Assembly: GCF_006345805.1 (NCBI RefSeq)
Contig: NC_043006.1
Span: 16,926,001-16,990,000, forward strand
Reading direction: 5' to 3'
From: Octopus sinensis
Lineage: Eukaryota
DNA length: 64,000 bases
Shown here: piece after piece, positions 36,573-48,990 of the stretch
Layout: each line of letters starts with the position of its first letter
Position numbering within the stretch: the stretch's first letter is position 1
The notes under the pieces: model-generated
Databases searched by the model: none
What the model saw: the letters and a program-made list of their open reading frames with translations, nothing else
Told to the model about the DNA's origin: nothing
Translations under genes and position numbers: made by a program

Positions 36573-37407
36573 GGATCTTTTCCTTTTGAACGGCAGTTTT
36601 CAACACAATTTCTAGTTAACTAAACACTTTTAAACTTCGTATACTGGTAGAATGTGTTTATAAAACATCGTTTTTTTCTTGGCTTTATTGAGAAAATTCT
36701 ATAGTTTGTAAGATATTTCCACTTTAAAATCGAGCATTTTGGCAATTTTAACCAATCGCTGACCTCCATTTAGGTAAACAACATTCTGTGCTGTATGAAT
36801 ATGTCCCTCCTTTAAGAAACAGATTGGGTTTATTTACATTTGCGAAGAAAAAAAGATACCCTTCCCCCACCCCTAACCCTAACCCCAACTTTAACTAACC
36901 CTAACCCTAAAACAGATTGAAATGCAATAGATCGATACTAGGGTTATAATTATGGGTGACATTTTCATTTGACACCGCTAGAAAAAAATCCCATTTTCCG
37001 TAGCGGTGTCGTATGAAATTGTCACCCATAATTATAACCCCAGTATCGATCTATTGCATTTCAATCTGTTTTAGGGTTAGGGTTAGTTAAAGTTGGGGTT
37101 AGGGTTAGGGGTGGGGGAAGGGTATCTTTTTTTCTTCAGAAATGTAAATAAACCCAATCTGTTTCTTAAAGGAGGGACATATTCATACGGCACGGAATGT
37201 TGTTTACCTAAATGGAGGTCAGCGATTGGTTAAAATTGCCGAAATGCTCGATTTTAAAGTGGAAATATCTTACAAACTATAGAATTTTCTCAATAAAGCC
37301 AAGAGAAAAAGATGTTTTATAAACACATTCTACCAGTATACGAAGTTTAAAAGTGTTTAGTTAACTAGAAATTGTGTTGACATAGGCCGTTCAAAAGGAA
37401 AAGATCC
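36573..37407. mobile_element. 835-bp palindromic (fold-back) derivative of the 4641-5052 MITE family
   Basis: Arms 36573-36980 and 37002-37407 are reverse complements. Flanks are CCTGTTTC and CCAGTTTC (7/8 TSD match). Confidence 0.85.
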
Positions 37408-37913
37408 CCAGTTTCTAACCTAGATCCAACACTTCTTCCTTGGAGTTTTAACAACATCAACAGAGTATTTTTGTTTGTATGTACATAGGTATGTATATGT
37501 GCAGATTCGTATGTTTTGCTTTTTCTATTTTTCAAGGGTCTGAAATACAATGAGATAGCCAGTTAGGCTCCACCTATTTGGCATCACTGAGTCAATGCTG
37601 AACATATTTAACATCAGATCTTTTGTCCCCCGAGATCTTTTGGCAATGTGAAAATTTTATTTTCATTCTTGCTGGTAACTAACTATTATGATGATGGTGG
37701 TGGTGGTGGTGGTGGTGGTGACGGTGGTGGCGACGGTGGTGGTGGTGATGAGAATGATGATGATGATATGAATTGAAAAGTTTAGTATACCAAGGCAGAA
37801 CGTTATCAATTCAAACATGATTCAACTTCCTTGAAAACAAACATCAGAAAAAGAATCAAATGATATGTAGAAATGGAATTTTATTTAAGCTTCGTTAAGA
37901 ACATAAAGTGATA

Positions 37914-38320
37914 GGCGCAGGAGTGGCTGTGTGGTAAGTAGCTTGCTAACCAACCACATGGTTCTGGGTTCAGTCCCACTGCGTGGCATCTTGGGCAAGT
38001 GTCTTCTGCTATAGCCCCGGGCCGACCAATGCCTTGTGAGTGGATTTGATAGACGGAAACTGAAAGAAGCCTGTCGTATATATGTATATATGTGTATGTA
38101 TGTGTGCTTGTGTGTGTGTGTGTGTGTGTGTGTGTTTGTCCCCCTAGCATTGCTTGACAACCGATGCTGGTGTGTTTACGTCCCCGTTACTTAGCGGTTC
38201 GATAGAATAAGTACTGGGCTTACAAAGAATAAGTCCCGGGGTCGATTTGCTCGACTGAAGGCGGTGCTCCAGCATGGCCGCAGTCAAATGACTGAAACAA
38301 GTAAAAGAGAAAGAGAAAGA
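37914..38320 (+). mobile_element. Near full-length tRNA-derived SINE (other copies at 48041-48407 minus, 42795-43190, about 26960-27630, 41190-41400, 5610-5870, 6430-6900)
   Basis: A box (tggctgtgtgg), B box (gggttcagtccc), central (TA/TG)n tract, and a 3' tail gcggtgctccagcatggccgcagtcaaatgactgaaacaagtaaaag. Confidence 0.85.
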
Positions 38321-38650
38321 GATAGCATGAGGCAGTGTGAATTTGGTTCTGACAGAATGAATTCATATCGTACATTTGAATCTCTATGGTGCTTGCCCCA
38401 GTTAGGAATATGATTTATTGGAAGAAAATATAGTTTCAGTGTATTACCATTTAGGGAATGCCATTTTAAAAAAATACAGCTGAACAGGAACAATAACAAT
38501 GCTTTTGACATTAAATGGAAATAAAATTTAATGAATAATTAAAGACTAACTTCATTCAAGATTGGCCTTCTAATACTTCCAGGTTATTGATGATTCTCGC
38601 TTTGGCATATGAATTTTTATTGGCGCCAAGTACTTAGTGTTAATTCTGGT

Positions 38651-38686
<36 letters not shown>

Positions 38687-38742
38687 ACTTTCTGAGGAAT
38701 ATGAATTGCTAATGCTTGTATACTTGAAGCATCCACTCATTA

Positions 38743-38960
<218 letters not shown>

Positions 38961-41900
38961 AATTTTTTCTTTTGAGTTTTATTTGTAAACTGTATTTCAT
39001 TGGTTCGATAGCTGGCCAATCAAATGACAGAGAAACAGGAAATGGTGAAATTAATTCTTTTTGCATGGACTTCATCAATAAACCAATTGATACAGTGTTT
39101 TTGTTTACATGTCCAGCTTGCCCTTTTGAAACCAACTTGCCTCAAACTACCTTTGATTCTAATTTAGCCTCTTTGTTACATATGCTTATTAAACCATGGT
39201 TGCACATGTTCAGGCATTCTCTATATTCCCTTGCATTTTTTTGCCATTCACTGATATGGTGTCATTTTTTCAAATCCAGTGCTACTAAGATAGGACATTG
39301 TTAGACTTTACAACAAACATCCCCTAGCAAAATGTATATTTGTACAATAGCGCCGCCTTGACTGGCTTCCGTGCTGGTGGTACATAAAAAGCACCAACCG
39401 ATCGTGGCCATTGCCAGCCTCGCCTGGCCTCCGTGCCGGTGGCATGTAAAAAGCACCATCCAATCATGGCCGTTTGCCAGCCTTGTCTGGCACATAAAAA
39501 GCACCCACTACATTTTGTGGTTTATTATTGTTTATATTTTGAATTACATACATATGGGGGCACCAAAATCTTTTGAGTGCTTAGGGCCTCTATGAGTCAT
39601 AATCAGGCCCTGATGAAGATGCTACTTTGAACATATTAGTGTTTAATATGAGGTTTTGCATCATAGAACCAGAGGCAGTCTTTGATGGGTTGTGGGTATT
39701 GAAAGGATGGACGGGCTTTCTGTGTTGATTTGATTTTAGAAATTTTAAAGTTTTATATAGATTAGGACATTTCTGTAAATGTTTGTTTCTTTAACAGTGA
39801 CATTCGTTCCAACAGAAGGTAAAAATGGGCAAAATACCACCAAGCATTTCGCCCAATGCGGTAATAATTCTACTTTAACTTTTCTTTTTTCTGACAATGT
39901 GCATTCACAAGACACTTAACTCATTGAGGAAAGGCGACTTTGAGACATCTTAGTGTTTTAACCTAGTTGTATCCCCTTGTCTAGGGTACCCCCAGATCAA
40001 TGAATTTAAACAGGGATTGTGGTTCTTGTTTATAGAAATCAGCAAATAAATTATTTGTTGATGCATAATGATATCAGCCAAGTTCTTTTACTTGTTTCAG
40101 TCATTTGATTGCAGCCATGCTGGAGCACTGTCTTTAGTCAAGCAAATCAACCCCAGGACTTATTCTTTGGAAGCCTAGCACTTATTCTATTGGTTCACCC
40201 TTTCAAAACCCACAACCCATTAAACACTACCTCTGTTTCTATGATGCAAAACCTCATATTAAACACTAATATGTTCAAAGTAGCATCTTCATCAGGGCCT
40301 GATTATGACCCATTGAGGCCCTAAGCACTCAAAAGATTTTGGTGCCCCCATATGTATGTAATTCCAAATATAAACAATGTAAATCATTACATGCATAGGG
40401 AACAGTGAAAATCAAAACAATGATGCACCTCTTCATTCTCAACCTGTTCTGATGGATTTGAGCAGGATTATACTAATCACTGTTCTATATTTATTTTCAA
40501 AGAACAACTTACCCTTTCAGACAATCCATGTGTTTACAACATATTTGCGTCACTGTTTTCTTAAGCACTCACCCCTTCTCTTAGTGTTACTTTCCTGGTG
40601 TTGCATTGCTGTGGTGCTCAATGTTATAATTTATCGAACAATGTCAGAGATAGTCATTCACAGACACTAGACCATTGATGTTTTATTACTGATAGAATAT
40701 TTGGCATGTCTCCACATCAAATTTCATTATTCAATTAGTATTCAAGCTGTAGCAAACCAAGGTCTTAAATATGTTATTTTTTTTTTTTATCAGAGACTTT
40801 GTTGAAATTCTCTTGAACACTTTAAGTTACTACTACTACTGCTACTCCTGACATTTAACACGAGGGTACTAAGTGTTATGGTCTACACTGAATTATATAG
40901 AACTATTGATCTTTCTTCCTCATCTAAATATTTCCTTATGATAATGTTGCATAGTTTGTTTTTGGAACACATTAAGCTATTTGCTACAGTCTCCATTGAG
41001 TTTGTCCATTTTAAGAACTAGAAGATTCACCATCATCTGGTTAGTATTTTTTCTAGTCTTTTAAAATGGATCTAATTGAAAACAGTACAGAAAAGTGACT
41101 TGTTCAGCAGAATTTACCTTTGCTTGTTAAGTTTTTTTTTTTTCCCTTTATTCCTTGGCAATTTTATGTTCAAATATATATAGATTTGTAGCTGTGTGGT
41201 TAGGAAGTTTGTTTCTCAGCCATGTGGTCTCAGGCTCAGTTTCACAGTGCAGCACCTTTGCCAAGTATCTTCTTCTACAGCCCCAGGTTAATCAAAGCCT
41301 TGTGATTGGATTTAGTAGACAGAAACTGAAAGAAGTCCATCATATGTATGTGTGTGTGCTTATATACCATTGTTTTGACATCAAGTGATGTTTGTTTCTA
41401 GTCTTGCATTGACCATGGGGAAATATTACCTTGCTTGGAAATGAGGGTTGGCAACAGAAAGGACATCTGGCTTTAGAAAATCTGCCTCAACAAATCCCAT
41501 CTGATCCATGACAACATGGAATGGTGGACATTAAATTCATGATGAAAATGATGATGATTTGTCATAAGTTGATAAGTTGATTTATTATAAATAACTTTTC
41601 TGTTGATTGGAGTTAATGCCTTTACATATATTTTAATAAAGTAAACTTTTTTTTGACAAATTAGATTTTCTTTTGAAAATCCTCTTTCTGGTTCTAAATA
41701 TTATTCAGCATACATGCTTTAACAGTGTGTGTGTGTACCACACACCCAAGGCCTGTAATTTGGCAGAAGGGTCTAATCATTTATATCAACCCCAGTGTTC
41801 AACTAGTAAATATTTTACCAACCCTGAAATGATGAAGGGCAAAGTTGACCTCACTGAAATTTAAATTTGTAACATAAAAAGCCAAAAGAAATGCCGCTAA

Positions 41901-44021
41901 GCATTTTGTCTGATGCGCTAATGATTCTGCCTTAGTGAATATACATATCATCATTATAACACCCACTTTTCTAAGATTGCATAGGGTCAGATGTAATTCA
42001 CTGAGGTTGAGTTTCTACAGCCCGATGCACTATCTCTAACCACTTGCATCTGTATCCAAGTAAACTAATATTTCTCTATGACTGGACATGTTTTTGCAGA
42101 AGATTGGAAATGAAGGATGCCACTTGTATGATAGTGACACTCACTTAAAACTATCATAATGTCAAAACTAGGACACACATACACACAAACTTAGATCTAT
42201 CCAAGGTGTCATGCAGTGGGACTGAACCCAAAACAATAAAGTTTGGAAATAAACTTTTCAATCACACATACTTAATATTGTTTTGATGGCAAAACATAAG
42301 ATAACAAACTTTATTAGGGTGGTCTCATAATTCATTCAACCTGCCTGCATTATTTAGTCCCTGCCAGTCCTGGCTGAACAGACTCATACTAAAAAGTATT
42401 AAGACCGGGATCATCCAATCGATTTTCCCCAGACACAGAATACTCAGAACTACATCATCCAATTCATGTTCTTTTTTAATCATATTTGAGGGTGGGGTGC
42501 AGTGAGATTGATTTAAAAGTGATTTGGTTGCTGTTTGTTGAATATAGGCACAGGTGTGGTTATGTGGTTGAGAAATTTATTCTCTGACTACATGGTTTCA
42601 GGTTCAGTTCCACTGCATGGCACCTTGGTAATGTGTTTTCCACTGTAGCCCTGTATTGACCAAAGCCTTGTAAATGGATTTGCTAGACAGAAAGTGAAAG
42701 AAGTGTATGTATGTGTATGGCACAATCCTCTGGCTCACCAACTACAGTCCAACCCATACCAGTATGAAAAATAGACATTAAATGATAATTATATATATGG
42801 TGGCTGTGTGGTAAGTAACTTGCTTCCCAACCACATGATTCTGGGTTCAGACCAACTGCATGGCACCTTGGGCAAGTGTCTTCTACTACAGCCTCAGGCC
42901 AACCAAAGGCTTGTGAATGGATTTAGTAGATGGAAATTGAAAGAAGTCCGTTGTGTGTGTGTGTATAGATGTGTGAGTGTGTCTTTGTATTTGTTCTTCC
43001 ACCATTGCTTAACAACCAATTTCGGTATGCTTATATCCCTGTAACTTAGTGGTTCAGCAAAAGAAACTGATAGAATAGGTATTTGGCTTACAAAGAATAA
43101 GTCCTGGGGTCAATTTCTTTGACTAAAAAAAATCCTTTAAAGCAGTGTTCCAGCAAGGCCATAGTCAAATGATTGAAACAAATAAAAGAATATGTGTCTC
43201 CTTGTCTTGACATCGTATGTCATTTATTTCCAATATTCTGTGAATGCATGTCTGGCTATGAAGAAATATTACCATGCTTGGAAACAAGTGAGGGTTGGCA
43301 ACACAAATGGCATCTGATCTGTAGAAAATTTGCCTCAATAAACTACATCTGATCCATGAAAGCATGGGAAAGTAGACATTAAAATGATGATGATGATGAT
43401 TGCTACAAATCAATTGGCCACGTATAGGGTTGCTTGTTGGCTTGTGTTGATCCTGTGGGTAGTTTAGGGAAAATAAAACCATGTCATATATTTATTCTCA
43501 GGTACAATATAAATGACTGGATGTGGTCTTTGTCAATTATCTTTTATTATTAAAGACTCTCCCTGACTTTGTGCCAAAATTTGAAGCAATTATTTAAGAC
43601 TCTTGCTAAGCTGGGTCTACAAACCGGTTTTGAAACTGGTTCAATGTCCTTGAAATAAAAAAATGGAGGTCACAGCCTTTACCCTGCAAATGTAGGACTT
43701 TGTCAGTATTGTGTCAAATTTTAAAAAAGAAAAGAAAACAGGGCAGCAGAGAGACAAAAGAGATATATTAGTGGACAGAATGTTTTAAACTACTGAAGTC
43801 AAATTCCACCAGGTTGGTATCCCTCCAGAATCAAAGTAAGTAAAAATAGCTGGATTTAATCTATTTCCCCACCTTTACAACTTTGGTATCAGGTGATATT
43901 GATATTACAATGCCATGGCTAAGTTGTGCTTTCTTGGGAAAAAAATGAAGACACTAGTTTTATACATCATATGATGTTAGCAACTACAGTGTTACTTGTT
44001 ATATAATGACAATACCTTAAG

Positions 44022-46221
44022 CAGTGGTTTTCAACCTTTTCCTGGCCATCACTCCCTAAAAGCTATTTTTGACATAAGCTAATTGATAATTGCCCACCAA
44101 AAAATGAATACGAATATTAAATATAATGTAATTTCGACTAATCAACACTAAAAAAATTTTGTACAAGTAAATGCAAAAGAAAAACGAATTAAAATAAAAT
44201 TTTATCCTGAATTTAAATGTAGAAAAGTACTAACTAGTGTGAGCCCTGAGATTGGTGAGGTTCCATGAAAAATTCAATGTCAGTCTTAATGCTATTCAAA
44301 CAGATACGAATATCTCCACATGAAATAATGTCAAATCTGTTTCTTTCTGTTGGCAAAATGTGATTGGCCGTATTAAATCCAGTTTCGGCAAGATATGATG
44401 CCAGGAAACACAAAAGGATTTTTGATATTTGTGACCACAAATTTGGATAAAGAGATTTTATAGTGTCTGGTGGCCAAAATTTAGAAAATTTTTCTGTTTT
44501 GAACTTAATTTTGAAATTCATCATTACATTTTATTTTGACTTCCTCCCAGATATTTTCATGGGTCAGTCATCCAGGGTCGAATAGTGAAGTTAAATCAAT
44601 TGGCAAATCTAGTTTCTAAATCATTTTCCAAGGCAGGCAGATGGTTGCAATAAATATCAATGTCATTTTCAAATAAGTCGATTTCTGCTAGTTCGGACAT
44701 AGGAAACTTAGTTTTAAATTAACTTGAAAAAGATTGAGTTTTTCAACAAAAACTCTCATTACCCGTTTACATTCTATCAGCATTATCATTTTTCCCTGCA
44801 GCAGAAGAGAGACTGCGTTCAGCTTATGGAAAATCCAACTAAGATATTGTATGTTCTTTTGAGCTTGATTTTCAGTGGCTAAGTCTGAGCGTCCTTCTGT
44901 TTGTAAAGAATACAACTATTGTATTAAATAAATTTACAAATCTTTCCAAGCAGTTGCTTTTGGATAGCCAACAAACATCGGTATGCAAAAGAAGTCTTAT
45001 ATATTGTTCGTCAGCATCGACACAAAATTTTTGAAAAAGACGGTCACATTTACTGTTAGATTTAATTTTGTTTATTGTTTTTATAACTGTGTTCAATGAC
45101 TGATTTAGAATAGGGCTTATATTTTTGGCCATGAGGTTATGCCTGTGTAGCACATGGTGTATAACTAGAATTTAGGGGCACAACTTTTTTAAATGCAAGA
45201 TAAATCCGTTGTCTCCCAACCATAGACATTGCACTATCAGCAGCACCTGAAACTAAATTTTCATATGGAATTTTTTTTTCCTTCAAAAAACGTTTTCACT
45301 GTAGAAAATAAAGAAGCGCCCATTGTGTCAGTCTCCAACAGTTTTACAAATCATAAATTTTCTTGTAATGCACAGTTTCTATCAAAATATCATATATGTC
45401 CCATTAAAAGCACCTTATTGTCAATAACTGTGCTTTCATCAATTTGAATAGAAAAATGAATTGTTTTCAATCTTTGAATTAGTACATCTTCAATATGACC
45501 TGACAATTCATCAATTCTACGTATAGAAGCATAACTCAAAGGTAGAGCTTTAATGATAGATGAAGGATTTTGATTCATAACTTCTGATATTACTGCTTCT
45601 ACTACAGACACAATAATCTTTTCAGCTACCATATGTGCACTACCTGTTTTTGCAATAATTTCTGCAATTTTGTAGGAAGCAATTAGTCTATCATCATTAA
45701 ATTTTGTCTGTTTCATAAATAATGATTTAACAGTACTCTAATTTTTAAAATATTTGATAGTCTTACTGACTTTTTGGTGGGGTGTTTTCTTTTCATGTGG
45801 TGAGAATGAATGCAAATTAGTAAACACTAAACTGACTATTATATCTGTGTCCAACAGTTAAAAGAGGGAACGTCAAATTCAGGCAAGTGCCATGTATTCA
45901 ATGAATCATGCAGCCCAGCTGCCAGTGTCATAGTAACAAGGGTAAGAAATTCAGTGATGAACGGGTCATTATAAATCAATGAACTAAATCCTGGAAGAGA
46001 ACGCACTTACTGAGGTGCATAGTTACTGTATTTGAATTAAGAAAAAGCATTGGCTTTACAGCTTGACTGCAGTTATTGAGAAGAGTCCTTGTTGTCATGA
46101 TGTACTTGATGCATGATTGCCTGTTATGAGTGCAGTCACTGATTGAAGACTGCATTCATTGCCCCACCAAATTTGATTTTTGGCCACAAGGGGGCAATTC
46201 ACCCCTGGTTGAGAACCACTG
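44022..46221 (-). mobile_element. Decayed hAT transposon, Buster/Charlie (ZBED5/ZBED8-like) group
   Basis: TIRs CAGTGGTTTTCAACC and GGTTGAGAACCACTG. Fragments: PLS…RRIDE…FSIQIDEST; LHRH…LLLHTDVCWLSK; YLAETGF…RNRFDI…QSQGSH. The TSD is degenerate. Confidence 0.9.
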
Positions 46222-46857
46222 ACTTAGAGTATTACCTGATAACTTTGATACTATACATTTACCACCATGGGTAATTTGATAAAATTATAATTATTGTATG
46301 CATGTATGTCATATTTCCCGTTATTACCCATGGTGACAAAAGCATACTTTCCAAAGTTACCTATATAATGGGTAACACTCGTGTATTAATATCATTGTAG
46401 CAATATAAGGTGGTGAGCTGGCAGAATCTTTAGCATGCAGGGTGAAATGCTCAGCAGCATTTTGTTCATCTTTCTGTTCTGAGTTCAAATTTTATCAAGG
46501 TCAACTTTTGCCTTTTATCCTTTTGGAGTCGATAAAATAAGTACCAGTTGAACACTGGGGAGGTAGGGTCGATGTAATCAATACTGGCCTTGTTCCAAAA
46601 TTTGAAGCCAATATTATTGTAGCAATTTATAGTAATATATTAATTTTGAATAGTTTGCTATAGTATAAGTTAGCAAACACCCTAGTGATTAATGTTAAAA
46701 ACCAAAAAAAAAAACAATTTACACTGCTTACAAACAGCTTATTTGAAAAGCGTCTAAGGAAAATCGTTATAGTAATTACTAACTATTGCAGAGCCTTTTT
46801 CATCTACAGCAAATTACTGTCATTTACTACCACCTTTGTCCTCTATAGCTATAATAC

Positions 46858-46899
<42 letters not shown>

Positions 46900-47839
46900 T
46901 CCTTCACTCATTGTCTGCTACCAAGCTTAGAATGTGCACTCATCCAGCATCTTTGATGTTAACTGTGTCCCTAAACTCTCTATAATACGTAAAGTTTGTT
47001 GGAGAAATCAAATTAACATTTATATTGGTACTCATCATTATCATCATTTAGCGTCCATTTTCCATGCTAGCATGGGTTGGACGGTTCAACTGGGGTCTGT
47101 GAAGCCGGAAGGCTTCATCAGGCCCAGTCAGATCTGGCAGTGTTTCTACGGCTGGATGCCCTTCCTAACACCAACCACTTCGTGAGTGTAGTGGGTGCTT
47201 TTTACGTGCCACCTGCACAGGTGCCAGACAGAGCTGGCAAACGGCCACGAACGGATGGTGCTTTTACATGCCACCGGCACGGGGGCCAGGCGAGGCTGGC
47301 AACGGACACGAACGGATGGTGCTTTTATGTGCCACCGGCACGGGGGCCAGGTGAGGCTGGCAACTCGTTAAAGCTTATTCAAATCTATAAAACTAAAGCC
47401 TTCCGTCTGCATAAAAAGTAAAACGGAAAAAAAAAGAAAGGAAAAAACCTCTCGGTTGACCTGGTTTGTTTTACTTCATCAAATTTAAAAGTTGTTTGAA
47501 AATAAATTTTAAAAAAAAGTATTTAATTGCTTATCTATTGTACAAACAACAAAACTCCAGTCAATGACAGAGCCCCTATAGGGTCAGTTGATCATCTAGA
47601 AATGGCAGTCAAATCTCTCAGAAATAATAGCCTTATATTTTGTGAAAGTTGGGACACACGGGGAAAAATCAGGTAAATTTTGCTGTTGATAAGAGTGAAA
47701 AGAAATGTTAAGTTTCAGAGAAATGTGCTTCGAAAGAGGAGTAGTAATGTGACAGAATGGCTGGTTGTAGAAGCGAGAGAGAAATGAATAGGTTAAAAAG
47801 TATAAGAGAGAGAATCTGAGGTGATTGCAGTGAATGAGA

Positions 47840-48040
47840 GATGGAGAGACTGAGGTGTGGGTAGTAATGCTGAGAGGTAGTGTGAGAGAGGAGATACAGG
47901 TGGAGAGAGTGGTGGCGAGAGGAAAGGCTGAGAGGTAGTGTGAAAGAGGAGACCCGGGTGGAGAGAGTTGTGGTGAGAGGAAAGGATGAGAGGTAGTGTG
48001 AAAGAGGAGAGAGATGTGGTGAGAGGAAAGGCTGGCAGTG
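47840..48040. repeat. GA-rich minisatellite (about 57-60 bp units, gagaggtagtgtga…gaggaaagg)
   Basis: About 3 diverged direct units. Confidence 0.6.
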
Positions 48041-48589
48041 TACTCTCTTTACTCTTTTACTTGTTTCAGTCATTTGACTGCGGCCATGCTGGAGCACCAC
48101 CTTTTAATACTTATTCTATCGGTCTCTTTTTGCCGAACCGCTAAGTGACGGGGACCTAAACACACCAGCATCGGTTGTCAAGCAATGCTAGGGGGACAAA
48201 CACAGACACACAAACACACGCATACATATATATATACATATATACGACAGGCTTCTTTCAGTTTCCGTCTACCAAATCCACTCACAAGGCATTGGTCGGC
48301 CCGGGGCTATAGCAGAAGACACTTGCCCAAGATGCCACGCAGTGGGACTGAACCCGCAACCGTGTGGTTGGTTAGCAAGCTACTTACCACACAGCCACTC
48401 CTGCGCCTATGTAGTGTAGTGTGAGTTAAGTGATAGTTTTTGAGTAGTGTTTGGATTACATAGATATGCTTATATATTGCACTTTGCTGTGACATAATAA
48501 AGGTTATGATACTGACTAGTTCAAAAAATTTAATAGACATGTCTTTTATTTTGGCTTCAAAGTATTTTGTAGAATTTACAGTCAGGGAT

Positions 48590-48990
48590 CATGACATGAC
48601 AAAAGCTAGTAGTGATGAATGCCACCTCCTCCATGGACATCGACTCCCCCCCCCCATCCCAAAGACTGAACTCGAGAATAAACTTCTGTAGCCATGTCTA
48701 GCCTCTAACAATATCTCAGAAAGAAACCAGAGTTCAGCTCTGTATGAAATATCTTGAGAGCAACCTTTCTCCAATTGACATAGGAATCCTTTCAGTTGAA
48801 AATCTCCCTCCTGGCTCAGAAGCACCATGGATTCAATGGAAGACACTTGACTGCCTGAGAATGAGAATGGGATGATCAAAAATGCTTTGGTTAGATGGGG
48901 TTCCAAGACCTGCCAAAGCACTTAATGTGGAGAAGCAAATAAATACTATGGAACACTACCTTGTCTTCCCTCTACTACACAATTATTGCA
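48590..48990 (+). mobile_element. Decayed LINE ORF2 C-terminus (I/Ingi-like group)
   Basis: …RLNSRINF…LPPGSEAPWIQWKTLDCLRMRMG…TMEHYL resembles the W..LNRLRTG.GR…QTM.H region. Confidence 0.5.

Noticed and set aside
36865-37110. Interstitial telomere
   Set aside because: Only a few CCCTAA units, and they are part of the MITE body.
38972-39304. 110-aa plus-strand ORF with a broken minus-strand frame
   Set aside because: No splice signals and no recognisable motif; probably decayed element sequence.
43811-43835. Micro-exon-like segment with a gtaagt donor
   Set aside because: It lies inside a degenerate SINE body.
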